A DNA stretch of 64,000 nt, from the NCBI GenBank assembly GCA_963626805.1, contig CAVFXS010000063.1, positions 1,984 through 65,983 of the forward strand, written 5' to 3'. How positions within the stretch are numbered: position 1 is the first letter of the stretch; every line of letters starts with the position of its first letter. Source of the stretch: Bacteroidales bacterium H4. Its GTDB lineage: Bacteria > Bacillota > Clostridia > Lachnospirales > Lachnospiraceae. The notes under the pieces were generated by a model. That model saw only the letters and a list, made by a program, of their open reading frames with translations, did not search any database and was not told where the DNA came from. Of the stretch, positions 17,067 to 26,964 are shown in pieces. The position numbers and the translations under genes were made by a program.

Positions 17067-18275
17067 ATGCTAGCAGGAAAGACCGTTGTTCTGGGTGTGA
17101 CTGGAAGCATTGCGGCGTATAAGATGGCGAATCTGACCAGTATGCTGGTGAAGCAGCATGCGGATGTCTACGTGCTGATGACAAAAAATGCAACGAATTT
17201 CATTCATCCGATCACATTTGAAACGTTAACCAATCATAAAACTCTGGTGGATACGTTTGACCGGAACTTTAATTATAATATTGAGCATGTGTCGCTGGCA
17301 AAGAAGGCGGACATTGTTCTGGTGGCACCGGCATCGGCCAATGTCATCGGCAAGATTGCAAACGGAATCGCAGACGATATGCTGACAACGACGGTGATGG
17401 CATGCAAATGCAAGAAGCTGATCGCACCGGCAATGAATACGCAGATGTTTGAGAATCCGATCGTGCAGGATAATCTAAAGAAGCTGGAGCATTACGGGAT
17501 GACTGTGATCCAGCCGGCGGTTGGCCTGCTGGCCTGTAAGGATGTGGGAGCCGGGAAGCTGCCGTCCGAAGAGGAGTTGATGGATTACATCCTGCAGGAG
17601 ATCCGGTTTGAGAAGGATCTGATGGGTAAAAAGCTTCTGATCACAGCGGGACCGACCGTGGAAAGCATTGATCCGGTCCGCTTTATCAGCAATCATTCCA
17701 CCGGAAAGATGGGCTATGCATTAGCACGCGTGGCAGCAGAGCGGGGAGCGGATGTAACATTGATCTCCGGCCCGGTGAATCTGCAGGCACCACGGTTTGT
17801 AAATCTGGTGCCGGTAGTCAGTGCACAGGATATGTTTGAGGAAGTAAAGGCACATAGCGCAGAGGCAGATATCATTATTAAGGCTGCCGCAGTTGCGGAT
17901 TATACACCGGAAGTAGTGGCAGACGAGAAGATTAAGAAGTCGGATGGAGAAGCAGAACTGAAATTAAAGCGCACGATAGACATTCTGAAATGGCTGGGCG
18001 AGAACCGTGCTGCCGGGAAGAAGCAGTTTCTGTGCGGATTCTCCATGGAGACGGAGCATATGGTTGAGAATTCCAGAGCGAAGCTTGAGAAGAAGAATCT
18101 GGATATGATCGTAGCGAATAATCTGAAGGTTCCGGGTGCGGGCTTTGGTGTGGATACCAATGTGGTAACCCTGATCACAAGATCGGAGACGAAGGAGCTG
18201 CCGCAGATGAGCAAAGAAGAAGTAGCAGCCGGGATTCTGAATGAGATCCTGCGGCTTCAGACACAGGAGAATTGA
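17067..18275 (+). CDS. coaBC: Bifunctional phosphopantothenoylcysteine decarboxylase / phosphopantothenate--cysteine ligase
   Basis: GVTGSIAAYK flavoprotein N-terminal domain, PAMN motif, and a C-terminal DFP/CoaB domain (ITAGPT...ISNHSTGKMG...AAAVADY). GGAGG RBS. Confidence 0.9.
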   Translation: MLAGKTVVLGVTGSIAAYKMANLTSMLVKQHADVYVLMTKNATNFIHPITFETLTNHKTLVDTFDRNFNYNIEHVSLAKKADIVLVAPASANVIGKIANGIADDMLTTTVMACKCKKLIAPAMNTQMFENPIVQDNLKKLEHYGMTVIQPAVGLLACKDVGAGKLPSEEELMDYILQEIRFEKDLMGKKLLITAGPTVESIDPVRFISNHSTGKMGYALARVAAERGADVTLISGPVNLQAPRFVNLVPVVSAQDMFEEVKAHSAEADIIIKAAAVADYTPEVVADEKIKKSDGEAELKLKRTIDILKWLGENRAAGKKQFLCGFSMETEHMVENSRAKLEKKNLDMIVANNLKVPGAGFGVDTNVVTLITRSETKELPQMSKEEVAAGILNEILRLQTQEN

Positions 18276-18294
18276 CAGAAAATGAGGTGATGAT

Positions 18295-19188
18295 ATGCGC
18301 CTTGGAGCATTAGAGGCGGGTGGCACGAAGATGGTATGTGCCATCGGAGATGAGAACGGTACGATTTATGAGCGGGTTTCGATTCCAACGACAGCACCGG
18401 AGGAAACGATGCCGCAGATCATAGAGTATTTCCGGACACATGGATATGCAGACGGACAGCAGCTGGACGGAATCGGGGTCGCAGCCTTTGGACCAGTGGA
18501 TGTAAAGCCGGCATCGGCGACCTATGGCAGGATTTTGGATACGGCAAAGCTGCCGTGGAGGCAGTATCCGCTTTTGGACTGTCTGAAGGAAGCATTTCCG
18601 ATACCGATGGGACTGGACACGGATGTGAACGGTTCCTGTCTGGGGGAAGTGACCTATGGGGCAGGCAGAGGACTGGACAGCGTGGTATATATAACGGTAG
18701 GGACCGGTATCGGTGCCGGAATCTACATGGATGGAAGACTGGTTCATGGAATGCTTCATCCGGAGGCGGGGCATATGCTGATCGTTCCGGTTAAGGGAGA
18801 TGAGGCGCATTGCGTCTGCCCATATCATACACATTGCCTGGAAGGACTGGCAGCAGGCCCATCCATCGAGAAACGCTGGGGCAGGAAGGCGGCAGAGCTG
18901 GTAGAATGCCCGGAGGTATGGGAGCTTGAGAGTACCTATCTGGCACAGGCGATCACGAATCTGATCATGGTGGTTTCACCGCAGCGATTTATCCTGGGTG
19001 GCGGCGTTATGCACCAGAAGCAGTTATTTCCGCTGATTCGGCGGAAGGTAGTTGAGAATGTAAATGGATACATCCGGACACCGGAGATGGCAGATATGGA
19101 TACCTATATCGTGCCTGCGGAGCGGAAGGATGATCAGGGAATATTAGGAGCCCTGCGTCTGGCACAGATGGCAGTGGAACAGAGATAA
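18295..19188 (+). CDS. ROK-family sugar kinase (fructokinase-like)
   Basis: LGALEAGGTKMVCAIG N-terminus, GTGIGAG, and the ROK zinc motif HCVCPYHTHCLEG. Confidence 0.75.
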   Translation: MRLGALEAGGTKMVCAIGDENGTIYERVSIPTTAPEETMPQIIEYFRTHGYADGQQLDGIGVAAFGPVDVKPASATYGRILDTAKLPWRQYPLLDCLKEAFPIPMGLDTDVNGSCLGEVTYGAGRGLDSVVYITVGTGIGAGIYMDGRLVHGMLHPEAGHMLIVPVKGDEAHCVCPYHTHCLEGLAAGPSIEKRWGRKAAELVECPEVWELESTYLAQAITNLIMVVSPQRFILGGGVMHQKQLFPLIRRKVVENVNGYIRTPEMADMDTYIVPAERKDDQGILGALRLAQMAVEQR

Positions 19189-19199
19189 GGAGAACAGAT

Positions 19200-20129
19200 A
19201 TGACACCGATATTTTTAAAACCGGTATTTAAGGAAATGATCTGGGGCGGTAACCGTCTCGGTACAGATTTCGGCTATGAGATTCCGGGGGATGACACCGG
19301 CGAATGCTGGGCAATCAGTGCTCATCCGAACGGAGACTGTGAAATCGTAAACGGCGAATACGCAGGTATGCATTTAAGCGAGCTGTGGGCGAACCGCAGA
19401 GAGCTGTTCGGCAATATAGAAGGGGATCGGTTCCCATTACTGATTAAATTAATTGATGCAAAGGCAGACTTAAGTATCCAGGTACATCCGAATGATGCTT
19501 ATGCGAAGGAGCATGAGAACGGTTCTCTGGGTAAGACCGAGTGCTGGTACATTGTAGATTGTGATGAGGATGCACAGATCGTGATCGGACATCATGCAAA
19601 GAATCATGAAGAAGTGAAGGAAATGATCCTGAACAAGCGTTGGAATGATTTTATCCGTGTCATTCCGATCAAAAAAGGCGATTTCTTCCAGATCAATCCG
19701 GGAACCCTGCATGCGATCAAGGGAGGAACTCTGATTCTGGAGACCCAGCAGAACAGCGATATTACATACCGGGTATATGATTATGACCGGTTAAGCAACG
19801 GGAAGCCGAGAGAGCTTCATGTGGAGAAAAGTATTGATGTGATCGAAGCACCGTTTGTTCCGTATGAGGTATCTGCGAATAAGGAGACCGGGGCAGGCTA
19901 TGAGAAACAGAACCTGATCACCTGTGATTTCTATGCGGTAAATAAGATCGATATCGATGGAACAGCAGCCTTCACACAGGATAAGCCATTTCTGGATGTG
20001 AGTGTTCTGGATGGCGAGGGTACGATTGACGGAATCGCAATTAAGAAGGGTGACCATTTCATTCTGCCGGCAGGTTATGGTGATTACGAGCTGAGCGGCA
20101 AAATGATGCTGATCACGTCAAGCTTATAG
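19200..20129 (+). CDS. manA: Mannose-6-phosphate isomerase, class I
   Basis: IWGG...GECWAIS, LSIQVHPND, KTECWYI and GTLHAI cupin motifs. Confidence 0.85.
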   Translation: MTPIFLKPVFKEMIWGGNRLGTDFGYEIPGDDTGECWAISAHPNGDCEIVNGEYAGMHLSELWANRRELFGNIEGDRFPLLIKLIDAKADLSIQVHPNDAYAKEHENGSLGKTECWYIVDCDEDAQIVIGHHAKNHEEVKEMILNKRWNDFIRVIPIKKGDFFQINPGTLHAIKGGTLILETQQNSDITYRVYDYDRLSNGKPRELHVEKSIDVIEAPFVPYEVSANKETGAGYEKQNLITCDFYAVNKIDIDGTAAFTQDKPFLDVSVLDGEGTIDGIAIKKGDHFILPAGYGDYELSGKMMLITSSL

Positions 20130-20169
20130 GCCCATAAATAGTGGAAATGCAATCAGAAAGGATTATGGT

Positions 20170-20952
20170 ATGCGATTCAGACCGTGTATTGATATTCATA
20201 ACGGAAAAGTGAAACAGATCGTAGGCGGCAGTCTGGCAGATAAGAACAATCAGGCTGTTGAGAACTTCGTTTCGGAGCAGGATGCAGGCTTCTATGCGAA
20301 GCTGTACCGGACGAGCGGATTAAAGGGGGGACATATCATCCTTCTGAATCCGGCGGGCTCGGAATATTATGCGGCAGATGTGGAGCAGGCGAAGCAGGCA
20401 CTGAAGGAGTATCCGGGTGGTTTGCAGATCGGCGGTGGCATGCAGGCAGAGAATGCGGCACAGTTTCTTGCCATGGGCGCCTCTCATGTGATCGTAACCT
20501 CCTATGTATTCCGGGACGGCAGGATCTATTATGACCGACTGAAGGAGCTGGTACAGGCCGTGGGAAAGGAACATCTGGTGCTGGATCTTTCCTGCAGGAA
20601 GCGGGACGGGGCCTATTATGTGGTGACGGATCGCTGGCAGAAATTCACGGATGAGATCGTGACAGTGAATCTGCTGGAACAGCTGGCAGGCTACTGTGAT
20701 GAATTTCTGATCCATGCAGTCGATGCGGAAGGAAAGGCAAAGGGGATCGAGCAGCCGTTGGCGGAAATGCTTGGCAGCTGGTCCGGACTTCCGATTACTT
20801 ATGCCGGAGGTGTAGGCAGCTTTGAGAATCTGAAGGTACTGAAGGAGCTGGGACGGAATCATCTGGATGTAACGATCGGCAGTGCTCTGGATCTGTTTGG
20901 CGGATCCATGAATTATGAGAAGGTACTGGAATATTGCAGCGGGGAAGTATAG
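20170..20952 (+). CDS. HisA-type (His6-like) ProFAR isomerase family protein
   Basis: MRFRPCIDIHNGKVKQIVGG...LQIGGG...HAVDAEG...YAGG is a (beta/alpha)8 HisA/HisF-family pattern. The gene is solitary, not in a his operon. Confidence 0.65.
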   Translation: MRFRPCIDIHNGKVKQIVGGSLADKNNQAVENFVSEQDAGFYAKLYRTSGLKGGHIILLNPAGSEYYAADVEQAKQALKEYPGGLQIGGGMQAENAAQFLAMGASHVIVTSYVFRDGRIYYDRLKELVQAVGKEHLVLDLSCRKRDGAYYVVTDRWQKFTDEIVTVNLLEQLAGYCDEFLIHAVDAEGKAKGIEQPLAEMLGSWSGLPITYAGGVGSFENLKVLKELGRNHLDVTIGSALDLFGGSMNYEKVLEYCSGEV

Positions 20953-21017
20953 GCGCAGCAGGACAGAGAAAATAAAAAGACAGAATATATAAAGAGCGAG
21001 GAAAGGCAGGAGACAAA

Positions 21018-23246
21018 ATGAGAAAAGCAAAACGTGTATTGGCGGTGGCAGTGGCACTGACCATGGGTCTGACGATGGCAGGCTGTAAGGGTGGTAGTCC
21101 GTCAGAGGGTTCGACAGAACCGGTATCTACGGAGGAAGAGGTAACAGAGGTATCCGGAGATAATCTGATTAAGAACGGTGATTTCAGTGACGGACTTACC
21201 AACTGGACGATTTATACAAAAGGCGGAGAAGCACAGCAGCTGGTAACAGACGATGGCGAGATGGAGATCAAGGTATCCAATCCCGGTACACTGGACTATG
21301 CGATCCAGCCATATTATGACGGATTCTCATTGGACTCCGGCTGTGAATATCAGTATTCCTTTGATGTTCATTCTACCGTAGAGCGTACGATTCAGTGGCG
21401 GTTACAGTTAAACGGCGGAGATTATCATGCATATGTGAGTGATATTGTAACGGTGAATGAAGAGGTTCAGCATGTAACCTGTACCTTTAAGATGGAAGAA
21501 GCTTCCGATCCGGCACCAAGACTTTGTATCAATATGGGTATGGTGGAAGGATGTCCGGAGGATCTGGGAGAGCATTCCGTATACTTTGATAATTTTGCAT
21601 TATATATGACGGATGATTCCGGAAAAACAGAGTCGGAAACCGAAGTTGAGACTTCCGATATCAATGTAAATCAGATCGGTTATCTGCCGTCGGAAGAGAA
21701 GAAGGCGGTTGTAAGACAGGATGGCGGCGATGCGATCACCGGCAGCTTTGATGTGGTAGATCAGGATGGTAAGACGGTGTATACCGGAGAGCTTCAGGAT
21801 GCAAAAGCGAACCCGTCTTCCAAAGAGCAGACTGCCATTGCTGATTTCACAGAGGTTACAGAGCCTGGCACCTATAAAATCGTAACTGCAGACTATGGAG
21901 AGTCCTTCTCATTTGAGATTGGTGAGGATGTGTATGACGCTGTATCTGACAGTGTTCTTCATATGTTTTATCTGCAGCGGTGCGGAACCGAGGTTCAGGA
22001 TGATGCCTTTGGTCATGTAGCCTGCCATACGGATGGAGCGATTGCATATGGTTCAGCATCATCCGCATTCACCGAGGTGCTGGGTGGCTGGCATGATGCC
22101 GGAGACTATGGACGTTATGTGGTTCCGGGTGCAAAGGCGGCAGCAGATCTGATGCTGGCATATGAGGCATATGGCGATCAGTTCGGAGATGATACCGGTA
22201 TTCCGGAGAGCGGAAATGATACACCGGACATTCTGGATGAAGTAAAATATGAATTAGACTGGATGCTGCAGATGCAGGATACAGAAAGCGGCGGTGTATA
22301 TCATAAGATTACCGGAGAGAATTTCCCGGATACCGTTATGCCGGAGGAGGAGACTGCACAGATGTATCTGGCACCGATTTCCACCACAGCAACGGCAGAC
22401 TTTGCCGCAACCATGGCAATGGCAGCACGGGTATTTCATGATGAGGCAGCCGGTCAGGTATATCTGGATGCGGCGAAAAAGGCATGGGCATATCTGGAGG
22501 TGACTCCGGGAGATGGAGTCGGCTTTAAGAATCCGACCGGTATCGTGACCGGTGAATATGATGATACCAATGATACGGATGAACGTTATTGGGCTCTTGC
22601 AGAGCTTTATAAGACCACACAGGATGAAACATATCTGAATGCATTAAAAGGATATTCCGCAGAGGAGATCGGTACCGGTCTCGGCTGGCAGAATGTAGGT
22701 CTTTATGGTATGTATGCATATCTGACCTCCGGTTCATCGGATGATTATTATGCGTCTGTAAAGGCACAGTTTGATAATGCGGTAGAGACTGCATATGAGA
22801 AGTATGAGAAGGATTCCTACGGCGTATCCCTCGGAACGTCGGATTATACCTGGGGCAGTAATATGAATGTAGCAAACAACGGTATGTTATTCCTGATGGC
22901 GAATCAGTTAGAGGCGAATCCGGATTATGTAAAAGCAGCAAATGCACAGGTGGATTACCTGATGGGAACGAATACCAATTCCTACTGCTTTATCACAGGA
23001 TTCGGTACTTTATCACCGGTAAATCCACATCACCGTCCGTCACAGGCAGTTGGTCAGGCAATGAGCGGAATGCTGATCGGAGGTCCGGATTCTAATCTGG
23101 AGGACCCGTATGCAAAGGCGACTCTGGTAGGAAAGGCACCGGCAACCTGCTATGTGGACAGTGTACAGAGTTATTCCTGCAATGAGATAACCATTTACTG
23201 GAACTCTCCATTGGTATACCTTCTGGCAGGAGTAGAGGCAAAATAA
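21018..23246 (+). CDS. Glycoside hydrolase family 9 endoglucanase lipoprotein (CBM-like plus Ig-like N-terminal domains)
   Basis: Lipobox LTMAGC, GH9 signatures GGWHDAGDYGRY and NPHHRPS, and an N-terminal carbohydrate-binding-like module. Confidence 0.85.
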   Translation: MRKAKRVLAVAVALTMGLTMAGCKGGSPSEGSTEPVSTEEEVTEVSGDNLIKNGDFSDGLTNWTIYTKGGEAQQLVTDDGEMEIKVSNPGTLDYAIQPYYDGFSLDSGCEYQYSFDVHSTVERTIQWRLQLNGGDYHAYVSDIVTVNEEVQHVTCTFKMEEASDPAPRLCINMGMVEGCPEDLGEHSVYFDNFALYMTDDSGKTESETEVETSDINVNQIGYLPSEEKKAVVRQDGGDAITGSFDVVDQDGKTVYTGELQDAKANPSSKEQTAIADFTEVTEPGTYKIVTADYGESFSFEIGEDVYDAVSDSVLHMFYLQRCGTEVQDDAFGHVACHTDGAIAYGSASSAFTEVLGGWHDAGDYGRYVVPGAKAAADLMLAYEAYGDQFGDDTGIPESGNDTPDILDEVKYELDWMLQMQDTESGGVYHKITGENFPDTVMPEEETAQMYLAPISTTATADFAATMAMAARVFHDEAAGQVYLDAAKKAWAYLEVTPGDGVGFKNPTGIVTGEYDDTNDTDERYWALAELYKTTQDETYLNALKGYSAEEIGTGLGWQNVGLYGMYAYLTSGSSDDYYASVKAQFDNAVETAYEKYEKDSYGVSLGTSDYTWGSNMNVANNGMLFLMANQLEANPDYVKAANAQVDYLMGTNTNSYCFITGFGTLSPVNPHHRPSQAVGQAMSGMLIGGPDSNLEDPYAKATLVGKAPATCYVDSVQSYSCNEITIYWNSPLVYLLAGVEAK

Positions 23247-23266
23247 TAACGGGAGTGTGTGGATGA

Positions 23267-25879
23267 ATGGATACACAGAAACGTAAGGAAACGTTTTGGG
23301 CTAAAAATTATATATATATACTGGCAACCGGGATCCCGGCATTGATTATGCTGGGAGTCTGGATTGCGGATAAGATTGGGCCGGGCGGGCATTCGCTGAT
23401 CATTATTGATGGTCTGCATCAGTATATGCCGTTCTTTTCGGATTATCAGGATAAGCTTCGGGAGGGAAGCAGTCTCTTTTACTCCTTTCAGGAGGGAATG
23501 GGAACGAATTTCCTGTCCCTGTGGTCTTATTACCTTGCCAGTCCGATAAATCTGCTGATTCTTCTGTTCCCAAAGAGCGGTCTGAATACAGCAGTCAGTC
23601 TGATCGTATCGCTGAAGATTGTCTTTTGCGGGTGGACATTCGCATATGCGGCATTGCATCGGAATAAGGTGCAGTACCGGCATCCGGGAGTGATTCCGCT
23701 GGCAGTTGCATACGCAATGTCTAATTATGTGATCGGTTATTACTGGAATGTAATGTGGATGGATTGTATCATGATCTTTCCGTTGATCGTGCTGGGATTT
23801 GATTATCTGGTATCAAGGCGGGATCCGAGACTTTATATTCTGACCCTGTTTTATGCATTGTTCTGCAATTATTATATCGGATTTATGATCTGCATATTTC
23901 TGGTGCTATGGGCGGTGCTTTATGATTACAAAAATATCCGGGAAATGGGTCGGACGGCATGGATGTTTGCCTGCAGCTCCCTGCTTTCCGGCGGCCTGGC
24001 CGGAATTGTATTGGTTCCGGCATATATGGGAATCATGAATACAGCTTCGGCGAAGAGAACACTGCCGGGCTGGACCCAGTATGGAACCCTTTGGAATGCC
24101 ATACAGGCGCACATGATCGGGAATGAACCGATCAACAATCAGGTCGATGACAGTGGTGTAAACCTGTACTGCGGTATGTTTGCACTGTTCCTGCTGTTTG
24201 TTTATATGTTCAGTAAGGAGTTTGCATTACGGGAGAAGATCAAATATATTCTGATCCTCGGATTTATGTTGATCAGTTATAATACGGAGATTCTGAATTA
24301 TATCTGGCACGGCTTCCATAATCAGTACGGAATCCCGAACCGGTTCTCGTTCCTTTATATCTTCCTGCTTCTGTGGATCGGATATGAGGTGCTGTTACGA
24401 TACCGGCGGATCGGAACGGTGCCGATGCTGTTATCCGGGATCTTTACGACCGGAATCACGCTGCTGTGTTATTATCAGGCGGACGAGAAGTTAAAGACGG
24501 TATTTTATATACTGGCGATTGCATTGCCGATCGTTTATATGATCCTGTCACTGCTTTATCATCATTTTGAGAAGGCAGGGAAGGTCTGGAGAATCGTTCT
24601 GGCGGCAGTCATGAGTCTGGAAATGATTGGTGGTGCTATCTACGGATGGAGTTGTAACGGAACGATTGATATAGAATATTATTTCAGCGATACAGATGCA
24701 ATCGCACATATTAAGGATACGCTCTATGCTGAGGATGATAGTTTCTATCGGATGGAGCTGGGAAACACGAAAATGCTGGATGAGCCGACCTGGCACGGGC
24801 TTCATTGTCTGACCCTGTTTGGCTCGACGGCACAGGGCAATATGGTAACTGCAATGGGCCGGCTGGGATTCTATACCGGTGCCAATGAGTATCTGTATTG
24901 CGGAGCAACCCCGCTGACCAATGCGATCACATCCATGAAATACGTGATGTATCGGGATGGTGATTTTAATAATAATACCATGGTTTATAAAACGACCTAT
25001 GACGGTGTGTCGGTTTATGAGAATCCGTACTGGCTGCCGATTGGTTTCTGTGTATCGCAGGATCTGGCATACTATGAACCGATATCCACGTATTTTGAGG
25101 TACAGAATGGATTTGCACAGGCAGCAACCGGTCTGGATTCGCAGCTGTTTACGGTAACGGAGCCGATCTATACGGCAAGCGGAACCGGTTGTACGACAAC
25201 GGTGCAGGACAATCAGATCACGTATGTAAAGGATGGCGTAGAGAAGCCGACCGTACAGGTAAGTTTTCTGGTAGAGGATAATGTAGATCTGTATATGGAT
25301 ATTTCCGGTGGCAATGTCAGACAGGTAAAGCTTTATCTGGATGGCAGACAGGTAGCCGATGACCGTTATCAGAACCAGGCGTTTCATCTGGGAGCCCTGA
25401 CCCAAGGGCAGCAGGTCATGCTGGAATTCACATTTAATACCGGTGGTTCGGATCAGGATATCATTACCCTGCACACGGCACAGTTTCATAATGAGGTATG
25501 GGATGCTGTTTATGAGCAGCTTCAGAAGAACCCGATGGAGGTCACGGAGTACCGGGATGGCTATGTGAAGGGAACCGTGGAAGCAGACGATATGCAGATG
25601 CTGTTCTTCTCGATTCCGGAGGACAGTGGCTGGAGTATTTATGTAGATGGTGAGAAGGCGGAGCATACATCGGTTATGAATGCATTTATGGGCATTATGC
25701 TGGATGTGGGCAGTCATACCATAGAGCTGAAATATACCTCAGCGGGCTTCTGGAAGGGACTGATCCTGTCGTTGGCTTCCCTGGTGATCCTGCTGATCGT
25801 ATGGCAGATCATCCGGCGGTATTTAAAGACATCGAAGGCGTCAGAGACAGATTCCGTGGACAACGTGGAGAATTCATAA
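23267..25879 (+). CDS. YfhO-family polytopic membrane protein (glycosyltransferase-like)
   Basis: 870 aa with many N-terminal TM segments, a large extracytoplasmic C-terminal region and a final TM. Size and architecture fit YfhO. Confidence 0.7.
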   Translation: MDTQKRKETFWAKNYIYILATGIPALIMLGVWIADKIGPGGHSLIIIDGLHQYMPFFSDYQDKLREGSSLFYSFQEGMGTNFLSLWSYYLASPINLLILLFPKSGLNTAVSLIVSLKIVFCGWTFAYAALHRNKVQYRHPGVIPLAVAYAMSNYVIGYYWNVMWMDCIMIFPLIVLGFDYLVSRRDPRLYILTLFYALFCNYYIGFMICIFLVLWAVLYDYKNIREMGRTAWMFACSSLLSGGLAGIVLVPAYMGIMNTASAKRTLPGWTQYGTLWNAIQAHMIGNEPINNQVDDSGVNLYCGMFALFLLFVYMFSKEFALREKIKYILILGFMLISYNTEILNYIWHGFHNQYGIPNRFSFLYIFLLLWIGYEVLLRYRRIGTVPMLLSGIFTTGITLLCYYQADEKLKTVFYILAIALPIVYMILSLLYHHFEKAGKVWRIVLAAVMSLEMIGGAIYGWSCNGTIDIEYYFSDTDAIAHIKDTLYAEDDSFYRMELGNTKMLDEPTWHGLHCLTLFGSTAQGNMVTAMGRLGFYTGANEYLYCGATPLTNAITSMKYVMYRDGDFNNNTMVYKTTYDGVSVYENPYWLPIGFCVSQDLAYYEPISTYFEVQNGFAQAATGLDSQLFTVTEPIYTASGTGCTTTVQDNQITYVKDGVEKPTVQVSFLVEDNVDLYMDISGGNVRQVKLYLDGRQVADDRYQNQAFHLGALTQGQQVMLEFTFNTGGSDQDIITLHTAQFHNEVWDAVYEQLQKNPMEVTEYRDGYVKGTVEADDMQMLFFSIPEDSGWSIYVDGEKAEHTSVMNAFMGIMLDVGSHTIELKYTSAGFWKGLILSLASLVILLIVWQIIRRYLKTSKASETDSVDNVENS

Positions 25880-25914
25880 AGAACATGTGACAGATCAACA
25901 GAAAGGAGTTATGT

Positions 25915-26802
25915 ATGAAGAAAAAAATACGAAAAGCGGTGATTCCGGCAGCAGGTCTGGGGACCCGTTTCCTGCCTGCAACGAAGGCAATTCCGAAAGA
26001 AATGTTACCGATTGTGGACATTCCGACAATCCAGTACATTATAGATGAAGCGGTTAAGAGTGGAATCGAGGAGATTCTGATCATTACTAATTCAAACAAG
26101 CATTGTATGGAGAATCATTTTGACCGGTCGTACGAACTGGAGGAGCGGCTGAAGGAATCCGATAAGATGGAAGAATATCACATGATCTGTGACATTGCAA
26201 AGATGGCAAATCTCTATTATGTCAGACAGCAGGAACCCAAAGGACTGGGACATGCCATCCTCTGTGCAAAGAGCTTTATCGGGGATGAGCCGTTTGCAGT
26301 GCTTCTTGGAGATGATCTGGTCATGAATGAGGGCGGAGATCCGGCAATGCGCCAGCTGATTGCTGCATATAATCAGGTAGGTGCCAGTATTATCGGTGTA
26401 CAGCAGGTACCGCATGAGAAGGTCAGCCGGTATGGGATGATCGAGCCGACTCGCAAGATCACCGGAAGACGGATCAAGCTTTCAGATCTGGTGGAAAAAC
26501 CGGCAACAGAGGAAGCACCGAGTGATCTGGCGATTGTAGGACGGTATGTATTAATGCCGGAGATCTTCGAAGTGCTGGAGAACCAGAAGCCGGGCAGAAA
26601 CGGTGAGATTCAGCTGACCGATGCATTGCGTGATATTATGATCAGCCAGTCGGTGTATGCATATGAATTTGAGGGACAGTGGTATGATGTCGGTGATAAA
26701 TTCGGATTTATCAAGGCAACGATCCATGAAGCCCTGAAACGGGAAGAACTGCAGGAGCCTTTGATGCAGTACATGAAGGAATTGGTTACGGCTATAAAGT
26801 AA
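25915..26802 (+). CDS. galU: UTP--glucose-1-phosphate uridylyltransferase
   Basis: KAVIPAAGLGTRFLPATKAIPKEMLPIVD is the canonical GalU N-terminus. Confidence 0.9.
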   Translation: MKKKIRKAVIPAAGLGTRFLPATKAIPKEMLPIVDIPTIQYIIDEAVKSGIEEILIITNSNKHCMENHFDRSYELEERLKESDKMEEYHMICDIAKMANLYYVRQQEPKGLGHAILCAKSFIGDEPFAVLLGDDLVMNEGGDPAMRQLIAAYNQVGASIIGVQQVPHEKVSRYGMIEPTRKITGRRIKLSDLVEKPATEEAPSDLAIVGRYVLMPEIFEVLENQKPGRNGEIQLTDALRDIMISQSVYAYEFEGQWYDVGDKFGFIKATIHEALKREELQEPLMQYMKELVTAIK

Positions 26803-26964
26803 AACCGGCTATTTTTTATAGAATCTAAAGGGGAAAACGGCAGGGAGCTACATTGACAAACTGTCTGCTTTGTGAGAAAATTAAACTAATTATAGGGTCA
26901 TAATATATATTAATATTGGGGAATGTCCACACGTATGTAGATACTAAGAAAAAGGGGTGTAGTT

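Noticed and set aside
20320-21057. 245-aa minus-strand ORF
   Set aside because: It is fully antisense to the well-supported hisA-like gene. Its composition is low-complexity and Leu/Pro/Ile/Gln/His-rich, typical of a shadow ORF.
24548-25717. 389-aa minus-strand ORF
   Set aside because: It is antisense to the YfhO-family gene, has no RBS, and its composition does not look protein-like. Treated as a shadow ORF.
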